Positions 1 through 7,655 of a stretch of 29,909 nucleotides of DNA are shown in pieces. The stretch comes from a virus. The translations under genes were made by a program, and so were the position numbers. The stretch lies in IMG/VR virus record IMGVR_UViG_3300017989_000330; one strand, written 5' to 3'. Below the pieces are notes generated by a model. It saw only the letters and a list, made by a program, of their open reading frames with translations. It did no database searches and was not told where the DNA came from. Within the stretch, counting starts at the first letter, position 1; every line of letters starts with the position of its first letter.

Positions 1-2
1 AT

Positions 3-1193
3 TTAAGAAAATTACATAAGGTAGAGTTCGATGGCGTTGGTTTATTATTTGCAGTGAAGCCTGCTTATCGAAATGCTTTCGTGCTTGAAACTGCAATGCA
101 ACAAATTGAGAATCTTTTTAATCAATCGAACAGAGAATTAGTGTTCGCTAATATAAATGATATAGCATCAAAATGGACGAAAATAGGACAATTAATTGAA
201 GAAACTGTTAGAGATAAACAAAGTGGAGGAAACATTGAAATGGATAAAAAGGCTAAAGACGCTTTGTTAGCTAAGTTTAAAGAAGATGTAACAAAAGAAC
301 TTGGCGAAGAAGTTGTCAAAGACTGGTCTGAAGAACAGTGGGAGGCCGAATTACAGAAAAGAGCCGAAACTGAAGAGAAAACAGATAATAAGGCTTCTGA
401 AGAAAATAAAGAAGAAGCTAAATCTGAAGAAACTCAGACTGAAGAAAAGAAGGAAGAATCTGCTTCTTATGAATGTGAATGTTTAAATTGTGGCAAAGTT
501 TTTGCTTCTGAAGAACACTGCAAGGAATCTAAATGTCCCGAATGTGGCGGAGAAGCAAGACGTAAAGATAGACCCAGTAAGAAGAATCAAAAAGCTGAAG
601 AAGAAACAGAAGAAGAGACAGATAAAGACGAGACAAAAAAAGAAGAAGCACAGAAAACTGTCGTAGAACGAGAAAAGAAAACAAAAGAAACAAATGAATA
701 TGATGACGAGACTAAAGAAGAAAAATTAAAAGTTGAGTCTGAGACTGTTGTTACTCGTGACGGTAAAAAGACAATGGAAGAAAAAATAAAGACTGAAACT
801 GCTTATAGTTATGCTCAGGTTGAAGAAATTAAAGCTGATTATGAGAAGAAGTTGCAAGAAAAAGATAAAGAAATTTCTTTCATTAAAGAAAATGCAACTA
901 AGATTGCAGAGATTCGTGCTGAATTTGGCGATTTTGTAAAAGATTATTCGGACGAAGATTTATTTAACGATGATAAAATGGAAATTGCTAAATTGAAAAA
1001 AGAAAATGCCGAATTAAAAGAAAAGAAAACTGAAACCGCTTCTGAAAAAGAAGAAGATTCGGAAAAAGAAACAGAAAAAGATGATGATACTGATTTAAAA
1101 GCTACCGAAGATGTCGAAAAGAAAGTTGAAGAAAAAGAAGAAACGTCTGATGATAGAATTAAATCTTATCTCAAGAAATATAACAAGAAATAA
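3..1193 (+). CDS. Prohead protease/scaffolding protein, 5'-truncated
   Basis: Frame is open from base 3 (LRKLHKVEFDGVGLLFAVKPAYRNAFV, protease-like C-terminal PA motif). A long E/K-rich coiled-coil region follows. Lies directly upstream of the capsid gene. Confidence 0.65.
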   Translation, partial: LRKLHKVEFDGVGLLFAVKPAYRNAFVLETAMQQIENLFNQSNRELVFANINDIASKWTKIGQLIEETVRDKQSGGNIEMDKKAKDALLAKFKEDVTKELGEEVVKDWSEEQWEAELQKRAETEEKTDNKASEENKEEAKSEETQTEEKKEESASYECECLNCGKVFASEEHCKESKCPECGGEARRKDRPSKKNQKAEEETEEETDKDETKKEEAQKTVVEREKKTKETNEYDDETKEEKLKVESETVVTRDGKKTMEEKIKTETAYSYAQVEEIKADYEKKLQEKDKEISFIKENATKIAEIRAEFGDFVKDYSDEDLFNDDKMEIAKLKKENAELKEKKTETASEKEEDSEKETEKDDDTDLKATEDVEKKVEEKEETSDDRIKSYLKKYNKK

Positions 1194-1224
1194 TAATTAA
1201 CTAACCACAGGAGGAGTTCATAAA

Positions 1225-2193
1225 ATGGACGAGAAGAAGTTAATGTTAGCTCGGGAAGAGCTAAAAGCAAAGTTACAGTCTATTGCAATTACTCGTGACA
1301 GTAATTCTCAAATGGAATTAGCTAAAATTGCTAATATACCTTATGATGCAGAATTGCCTGTTCCCGAAATAATTGAAAAGGTTTGTAATGTAGAAAGAGT
1401 TGGAAAAGGTGAAGATTATGAGTATTTTTCAATCGGGCCCGATACAAAAACTGTGTATACCATTAGTAATGGTTCTGTCACACAGGCCAATGTAACACCC
1501 GACACTCCTAACGATTTAACATTCAACAGCTACAACGGCCCTGCCGAATATGTATATGTTGAAAAACTTTTAGAAGCTAAATATGATGTTATTGCTAAAT
1601 CTAATAAGAAATTGCACGAAGGCTTAGATCGTAAAGAAGTTAAGGATGTTCTCGATGTTCTTATCGCTTCTGCTGAAGGTCAAAGCCAAACATTTTCTTT
1701 AGATTCTGGAGATTCATATATTAAGCTTTCTAAATTAGATGAAATGGTTACTGCTATTGAAAAATATGGTACCAAAGTTATTGTAATTGCTGGTTCTACT
1801 TGCGCCGCTGATATTCGTAAGTTGAATTACAACGAAGATAAAAATCAAGCAATTGATTTGAAAGCTTTTGGTATTGATGAAGTTATCAAAGTTCCCGCTT
1901 TCACTTATACACATAGCACTTCTCAGACCGTTTTGGCGGCCGATAAGATGATTGTTGTTGCTTTGAGTGATTCTGAAGGTGGACGTCCCGTTGACTTCGT
2001 GCGACGTAAAGTTGCCGATGTTTTCAATGGTGGAGATGACAAAGAAAGAATCATTGTGGCTACAGGCCCAAGACTTCAGGTTGGTTCTAATCCGAAGTGG
2101 GCTTACGAATTGGCTGTTATGGAGCAATATGGTGTTGTTCAGCCTAATCCGTATGCAGTTGCAGTGTTCAAGAGAGCTTCTAGCTACTCATGA
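1225..2193 (+). CDS. Major capsid protein (HK97-fold, inferred)
   Basis: 322 aa with strong SD AGGAGG. Position after the scaffold. C-terminal EQYGVVQPNPYAVAV resembles HK97-fold capsid ends. Confidence 0.75.
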   Translation: MDEKKLMLAREELKAKLQSIAITRDSNSQMELAKIANIPYDAELPVPEIIEKVCNVERVGKGEDYEYFSIGPDTKTVYTISNGSVTQANVTPDTPNDLTFNSYNGPAEYVYVEKLLEAKYDVIAKSNKKLHEGLDRKEVKDVLDVLIASAEGQSQTFSLDSGDSYIKLSKLDEMVTAIEKYGTKVIVIAGSTCAADIRKLNYNEDKNQAIDLKAFGIDEVIKVPAFTYTHSTSQTVLAADKMIVVALSDSEGGRPVDFVRRKVADVFNGGDDKERIIVATGPRLQVGSNPKWAYELAVMEQYGVVQPNPYAVAVFKRASSYS

Positions 2194-2199
2194 TAATAT

Positions 2200-2220
2200 G
2201 AGGGGATACTTAATCCCCTC
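2200..2220 (+). other. RNA hairpin just after the capsid stop
   Basis: GAGGGGAT-ACTTA-ATCCCCTC is a perfect 8-bp stem. No downstream U-tract, so not a classical terminator. Confidence 0.6.
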
Positions 2221-2257
2221 CCAAAAATTAAATTAAAATAAACAAGGATTAAAAATA

Positions 2258-2863
2258 ATGGCACAAGTTACAACAAGTGATGTTATAACATTGATTCGTG
2301 GGTTGATTAAAGACTTGGCTCAGACTGATGGAAGAGATTCGCATACTTATGATTCGGACACTTCATTTTCTCTGAGTAAAGATTATGTTGTCGAGAGTTC
2401 TATAAGCGTTTATAAAAATGGAATTGAATTAACTTTAACAACAGATTATACTTATAATTCCACTACTAATAAAATTACTATAACAGCTTCATTAACAAAA
2501 AATGATGACATTTTAATTACTTATAATTATTATGCTCGTTATTCTGATTCAGAGATTACGAGTTTTATTAAATCTAGTTTAAGTCATTTTACAGCTCGCA
2601 GATATAAAAAATATTTTTATATAAATGACAGCGATGAAATTGTTACTTTAAACGGAGTTAATCCAACATATGAAGAAGGTGATGCTATTGCACGTATTAC
2701 GGCAATAGAAATTGATCCTCAGAATACTCGAATTCGAACGCCCGAATTTACTGTTGAATCTGTAGAAAGAAAAAGTAAAAAAGAACAAATTGATGAAGTT
2801 TTAGATTCTTTTATGAGAAGTTATGGAGTTGTTGATTTTTTGGAGGATGACGCAAATGCCTAA
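2258..2863 (+). CDS. Head-tail adaptor-like protein with inserted Ig-like beta module
   Basis: Position after the capsid gene. Internal VYKNG..LT.TTDYTY...ITI beta-sandwich motif. Confidence 0.55.
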   Translation: MAQVTTSDVITLIRGLIKDLAQTDGRDSHTYDSDTSFSLSKDYVVESSISVYKNGIELTLTTDYTYNSTTNKITITASLTKNDDILITYNYYARYSDSEITSFIKSSLSHFTARRYKKYFYINDSDEIVTLNGVNPTYEEGDAIARITAIEIDPQNTRIRTPEFTVESVERKSKKEQIDEVLDSFMRSYGVVDFLEDDANA

Positions 2864-3221
2864 TTTTAAAGTTAATGTAGATTTTCCTCGACAGATTGCA
2901 CAGGCTGATTCTGCCGACTTAACGTTGACAGTTGATGCAGATTTAACTGGATATAAATGTAGATGCGAATTTTTTGATAGAGACGGGAATTCTAAAAAAT
3001 TAGCCACCGTCAACGCCGGCGGAGCAGATACACAAGTCTTAATCAGTGCGGGAGCATCCTCATCTACAATTACGATTTATTTGCCTAAAGACGAAACCGA
3101 CGATTTTAATTGTCGTTCTTATATTGAAGTAGAAATTGAAGATTCGAATGGAAAAGTTTATACTATTTATAAAGATGAATTTAAGATGCTTCAAGAGCAA
3201 ATAACTTGGACAACACCCTAA
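2856..3221 (+). CDS. Virion protein, BppU-N-like Ig fold (tentative)
   Basis: Start reassigned to ATG 2856 (SD GGAGG at 2842-2846). IAQADSADLTLTV..DLTGY pattern. Confidence 0.45.
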   Translation: MPNFKVNVDFPRQIAQADSADLTLTVDADLTGYKCRCEFFDRDGNSKKLATVNAGGADTQVLISAGASSSTITIYLPKDETDDFNCRSYIEVEIEDSNGKVYTIYKDEFKMLQEQITWTTP

Positions 3222-3232
3222 TAAGGTTTTTT

Positions 3233-3649
3233 ATGCGTAACGACATTTATAAAAAAATTAAACATCAAATTAAAGATACAGTTTTTAAAGATTACTCTGA
3301 AAATATATGGATTTATTTTAAAGCAACTAATACTAAAGGATCTAGTTATGATCCGTTCAGAGAAACAGGATATACAAAAACTTATCAATCTCCTATAGCA
3401 TTAAAAGCTCATGTACGATCATTATCTAGTAGCAGTTTAATTGTTCGTGAATTGGGGTTGTTAGAATCTGGAGCGATTGAAATTTTTATTGAAGATTCTG
3501 ACATTAACTTAATTAAAAATTGTCAAAAAATTAGATATAACGATGAATACTATACCCCATTTCGAGATGCTTTAGGGAACAGAGTTCAAATTAATAAAGC
3601 TTCTTATGGTTTCGCTAAAATAGTGTTATTTCGAATAGGAAACGATTAA
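3233..3649 (+). CDS. Head closure/stopper-like protein
   Basis: Gene order in the neck cluster and size (138 aa). Start reassigned to ATG 3233. Confidence 0.45.
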   Translation: MRNDIYKKIKHQIKDTVFKDYSENIWIYFKATNTKGSSYDPFRETGYTKTYQSPIALKAHVRSLSSSSLIVRELGLLESGAIEIFIEDSDINLIKNCQKIRYNDEYYTPFRDALGNRVQINKASYGFAKIVLFRIGND

Positions 3650-4119
3650 TGCGAATTCGAGTTAGTATTAGAGATAAAGTTGGAAAAGATTTTCGAGTTG
3701 AAGAAAAAATAAGAGTTGAGCGATTAGAACAAACAGATTTAGAACGACTTGCTAAAGAAACAGAAAAAATTATTCGTGACACGATTACACGAAAAATTAC
3801 ACGAGCGGGTTCAACTGGAAATTTAGCTCATGGTTTTTATGCTCATTCTTTTACATTCGGTAGTCGAAATGGATGGGCCGTTGGAGATATAAACGAGTTA
3901 GACAAAATTTTGCCTTATTGGAATCATCAAGATAAAGGCTCAGAAGCTATAGGAGCAAATTGGCGACACGTTCTACCAAAGGGTAAATTTATTAATGATA
4001 GATGGGTAGAAAGCGAAGATGGTTATTATTTTGTACCATCAAAACCTATACCTGCTAAAAATTATATTGCGGAAACAATTCAACAGATAGAATCGTTGTT
4101 ACCGTCGATTTTAAAATAA
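3649..4119 (+). CDS. Neck/tail-completion protein (HK97 gp10-like, tentative)
   Basis: Gene order, STGNL motif, TAATG coupling to the upstream gene. Confidence 0.45.
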   Translation: MRIRVSIRDKVGKDFRVEEKIRVERLEQTDLERLAKETEKIIRDTITRKITRAGSTGNLAHGFYAHSFTFGSRNGWAVGDINELDKILPYWNHQDKGSEAIGANWRHVLPKGKFINDRWVESEDGYYFVPSKPIPAKNYIAETIQQIESLLPSILK

Positions 4120-4130
4120 AAAGGATAAAT

Positions 4131-4619
4131 ATGTTATCTTGGGGACTTTACAGAAATCTTGAAAATAGTTTAAAATATTTTTTAGATACACAAATTGCTA
4201 CTGACAATGTAACAGATATAAACGGAAATGCAGTTCCAGTTCGTGTCGGAAGAAAAGCCGATAATGATTGGACATTACCATGCATTTCTCTTTATATTGA
4301 ATCAGAAACAAGTCCAAGATTAGAAATAGGTTCCAATAATAGAGACGATCGTTATTTATTGATTGTCGATATATATGCTACCAACGAAGGAGAAAGACTT
4401 GATATTGCTCGTTGGTTAAAAGAGGAAATAAAAAATGGGTTTCGTTATTATTCGTATAGTCCTAATCTTAGTAATCCTGATTCTCCTACTAAAGTGGCAG
4501 GAGGATTGGTTAATATAAATTTTTTAACAAATGATCGAGTGAATTTAGGTCAAAATGTTGATTCTTTTGACGCTCATCGTCATCGTATAACGATAAATAC
4601 TTGGATATCAGGGAGTTAA
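4131..4619 (+). CDS. Tail terminator-like protein
   Basis: Gene order just before the tail tube; 162 aa; WTLPCISL...IVDIYA pattern. Confidence 0.5.
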   Translation: MLSWGLYRNLENSLKYFLDTQIATDNVTDINGNAVPVRVGRKADNDWTLPCISLYIESETSPRLEIGSNNRDDRYLLIVDIYATNEGERLDIARWLKEEIKNGFRYYSYSPNLSNPDSPTKVAGGLVNINFLTNDRVNLGQNVDSFDAHRHRITINTWISGS

Positions 4620-4621
4620 TA

Positions 4622-4894
4622 ATGGAAACAATTGATTGGAAATTAGCGAGTTTTAGTTTAGGATTAATTCAATTTATCGGAATGATGACTGTTTTTGCAA
4701 TAATTAAATTTAATGATTTAAAACATCTTGATGAAGATGTAAGAGATTTAAAAACAAAACAACATGAATATGAATTGAAACAAGATGAACGTCATATTGA
4801 AAATATTAAATCAATTGGCAAATTGGATACCAAAATTAGTGAATTAGTTGGTAAATTTAATGCTATGAATAATATAAAATCGGAGGATAATTAA
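4622..4894 (+). CDS. Single-TM plus coiled-coil protein (holin/XhlA-like, tentative)
   Basis: N-terminal hydrophobic helix LASFSLGLIQFIGMMTVFAII followed by a heptad-rich tail. Confidence 0.4.
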   Translation: METIDWKLASFSLGLIQFIGMMTVFAIIKFNDLKHLDEDVRDLKTKQHEYELKQDERHIENIKSIGKLDTKISELVGKFNAMNNIKSEDN

Positions 4895-4896
4895 TT

Positions 4897-6126
4897 ATGT
4901 CCACAGAAATAAGACATGCAAGTGCTGTAAAACCTCGCTCTATCTGTGTTAATAAAGATGTTACACCAGATGATTGGGATAGATGTCAAGCTTTTACACC
5001 AGCTACTAATCAACCAATGGAAAAGGTTTATGAAATTGGTAGATTGAACAAAATGGATTTTGATAAAGATATTTTAGAAGCCACATTATCCATTACTCAA
5101 TTAGAATATGGAACTATTGATTCGTTTTTACAATTAGCAGGTGTTTCTGCTGAGCCTGGCGCAGGATTAACATTAAGCGATTTTGATGATCCTAGAATCG
5201 ATTTTTATTTACCAGGAAAAGACGAATATGCAGGAACAGTTGAACAAACACTATGGTTACAACATATGGCTTTAGATTCTTTTGGTTTGAATATTAATGC
5301 TGAAGAAAGAATTGAAAGAACTTTTGAATTAAGTGGCGATTATTGTAAAATAGCCAGAGAGGGAAATAAATATCTCATTTTTAAAGAAGATGATGCACCT
5401 TCAGGAACATCGGGTAATTATGTTATTGATGTTAGCGATCCTGCCCCAGTAGAAGATCCAAATAATTCAGGAGTTTATATTCTTGATTTGTGGAGAATTC
5501 GAAGCGGAACCGCCACTCAATTAACTTTAACAACAGATTATACTTATAATAATTCTACAAAAGAAATTACTATTTTATCTGGATTAGCAAGCGATAATTA
5601 TCGAATTTGGTATACTGCCGCTTCTTATGGAACGGGCGGTGATCCAACCTCATTAAATAATGTTGATGATTATTTTCTTGGTGCAGAAAATGTTACAGTT
5701 ACTATTGATGATGGCACTCATACTGCTGTCGAGTTAGATAAATTAACATCTCTTTCGATTGCGGCTACTTTAAATCGCATCGAACAACCTAAAATCGGAA
5801 GTACAGAAAAGTTTAGGGATGTTCAAAATAGAGACGTGTCGGTTTCTTTAGAGGGGTATGTGAAAGATTTTACTATCTTGGAAGCTTTAATGCAACAGGC
5901 TGGTCAAAGTTGGGCATTAATTGATTTCAGTTCTTTTGATACAGTCGATGTGATTATAAAGATTTACGAAACATCGAGTAAATCTTCGTTTTTAATTGGT
6001 TATAAGGCTACCGATTTAGAATTTTCTGATGATACGCAGAATTATACCGCAGATTCATTTGCTGATGAACCAATAAGTCTTAGTGGAGATGCGCTTTTGA
6101 TTACTACGACCGAAGGTAATTTATAA
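4897..6126 (+). CDS. Major tail tube protein with inserted Ig-like domain
   Basis: 409 aa, located between terminator-like gene and chaperones/tape measure; acidic and beta-rich. Confidence 0.7.
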   Translation: MSTEIRHASAVKPRSICVNKDVTPDDWDRCQAFTPATNQPMEKVYEIGRLNKMDFDKDILEATLSITQLEYGTIDSFLQLAGVSAEPGAGLTLSDFDDPRIDFYLPGKDEYAGTVEQTLWLQHMALDSFGLNINAEERIERTFELSGDYCKIAREGNKYLIFKEDDAPSGTSGNYVIDVSDPAPVEDPNNSGVYILDLWRIRSGTATQLTLTTDYTYNNSTKEITILSGLASDNYRIWYTAASYGTGGDPTSLNNVDDYFLGAENVTVTIDDGTHTAVELDKLTSLSIAATLNRIEQPKIGSTEKFRDVQNRDVSVSLEGYVKDFTILEALMQQAGQSWALIDFSSFDTVDVIIKIYETSSKSSFLIGYKATDLEFSDDTQNYTADSFADEPISLSGDALLITTTEGNL

Positions 6127-6156
6127 TATAGATTAATTTAAGTTTGGAGGTAAGGA

Positions 6157-6411
6157 ATGTATTCGATCAAAGAAAGTGTGTTGAAGTCTATTTTACAAAA
6201 AAAGTTTAACTCTTTGGTTGGGGTTTGTATGGAAGAAATTGAAGAATTTCAGAGAAATTATAATCTGAATGAGATTGAAATTAGATGCTTCAAAAAATTA
6301 ATGAAAAAATTAAATTATGAAGCTATGAGAGATATTGAAATCTTAATTTCTTCTTTTTCGAACGGTACTAAAATTAATGTGAATTTTACAAAGCCCACTA
6401 TTTCGAAATAG
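6157..6411 (+). CDS. Hypothetical protein (84 aa)
   Basis: ORF with SD GGAGG. Confidence 0.6.
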   Translation: MYSIKESVLKSILQKKFNSLVGVCMEEIEEFQRNYNLNEIEIRCFKKLMKKLNYEAMRDIEILISSFSNGTKINVNFTKPTISK

Positions 6412-6431
6412 AGAAGTGGGCTTTTTCTTTT
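6391..6431 (+). terminator. Rho-independent terminator
   Basis: AAGCCCACT...AGTGGGCTT stem followed by TTTCTTTT. Confidence 0.7.
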
Positions 6432-6442
6432 AAGGAGATGGT

Positions 6443-6613
6443 ATGGATAATGCAGAATTCGATGTGCTTATAAAATCTTTAGCTGTAATCAATCAAAGAT
6501 TAAAAAGATTAGAAGAAACACTAGAAAAAATAACAAGTGATAATCATGTTCATTATCATTTTGAAAATCATAATTATTTAGATGAAGAAGAAAATTCAGA
6601 TTATTATAATTAA
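6443..6613 (+). CDS. Hypothetical protein (56 aa, not in ORF track)
   Basis: SD AAGGAG then ATG; MDNAEFDVLIKSLAVINQRLKRLEETLEK..., fills the intergenic gap. Confidence 0.55.
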   Translation: MDNAEFDVLIKSLAVINQRLKRLEETLEKITSDNHVHYHFENHNYLDEEENSDYYN

Positions 6614-6626
6614 GTGAGGTAAAGGT

Positions 6627-7265
6627 ATGGAAGATAAAGTTAATATACAAGAAGTTTTTGAAGAATTAAGCAAAGATACACTAAATCCTGAACTAGTAAA
6701 AGATAATAAATTGCATTTTAGATTGGAAAAAATTCTTTATAGAGTTATTATGCCAAGTCAAAAGATTTTGGCAGAAGCTAATCTTCATAAAGATTTAATG
6801 CAGGGTAAATTTATTCAACAAAAAGGATTATTTTCAATTAAGAAGTTGAAGAAAATTTTAAAAGAAAATCAAGAAATTGATATTGACGAAATTCAAAATG
6901 AAATTGATAAATATGAAAAAGATTTACTTCAATTGCATATTTCTCTTGCACATAGAAAAGATACAGATAAAAAAGGGATAGAAGAGCTTAAAAATAAAAT
7001 AAACGAAGTAAAAGAAAAAAGATTAACTTTAGTTTTAGAAAAAACTAATTATTTATCTTCTTCTATTCAATATAAAGTTCAAGAAGAGTATTATAAATAT
7101 CTTACTTCTCAGTGTACAGAAAAATTAGTAGCAGAATCTAAAGAAGATGCAAAAGAGGAGAAATGGGAAAAAGTTTGGAATTCTTTTGATGAGTATCAAA
7201 ATGATAATTCTAAAATTGCTTATGTTGCTATTGGACGGTTAAATGAGTTAATGTTAAATGTTTGA
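6627..7265 (+). CDS. Tail assembly chaperone (G-like)
   Basis: Position between tail tube and tape measure; helical and charged. Confidence 0.5.
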   Translation: MEDKVNIQEVFEELSKDTLNPELVKDNKLHFRLEKILYRVIMPSQKILAEANLHKDLMQGKFIQQKGLFSIKKLKKILKENQEIDIDEIQNEIDKYEKDLLQLHISLAHRKDTDKKGIEELKNKINEVKEKRLTLVLEKTNYLSSSIQYKVQEEYYKYLTSQCTEKLVAESKEDAKEEKWEKVWNSFDEYQNDNSKIAYVAIGRLNELMLNV

Positions 7266-7650
7266 AACGATAGATGATAAATTAAGAAAACTAGCCAAGT
7301 CTATTTATTGGCAAAATCTTTATAATGCTTCTAAATCTTGCAACGGTATTACTTGTTTTGATAATTGTAAGAATTTTTCAGGTTTACAAGTAAGATTATT
7401 ACATTGGCTTTCTGTTTATGATATGCTAGAAACTGAATTAGCAAGACAAGAAGATTCTTATTTGACCAGAGATGTAATAGATGATGATATTCGTTGTGAC
7501 GCTTATTTAATTTATCGTAATAAAAAACATGAACATCTTTGGAAAAAATATAGACAAGATGAAAAAATGTCAGACGTTAAAAAGCGACATCCCAAAAAAC
7601 ATAGAAGTGGCAAGTCTCAATTAATTAATGTTGATTTAAGGAGTGAATAA
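7258..7650 (+). CDS. Tail assembly chaperone (T-like)
   Basis: Overlaps the previous gene by 8 nt and directly precedes the tape measure. Confidence 0.45.
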   Translation: MFETIDDKLRKLAKSIYWQNLYNASKSCNGITCFDNCKNFSGLQVRLLHWLSVYDMLETELARQEDSYLTRDVIDDDIRCDAYLIYRNKKHEHLWKKYRQDEKMSDVKKRHPKKHRSGKSQLINVDLRSE

Positions 7651-7655
7651 TATAA

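Noticed and set aside
2427-5550. DGR template/variable repeat pair
   Set aside because: The repeat is short and identical, with no adenine-specific mismatches, and there is no reverse transcriptase in the window.
7240-7270. Programmed -1 frameshift between the tail chaperones
   Set aside because: No canonical slippery heptamer seen near the overlap, and the second ORF has its own ATG.
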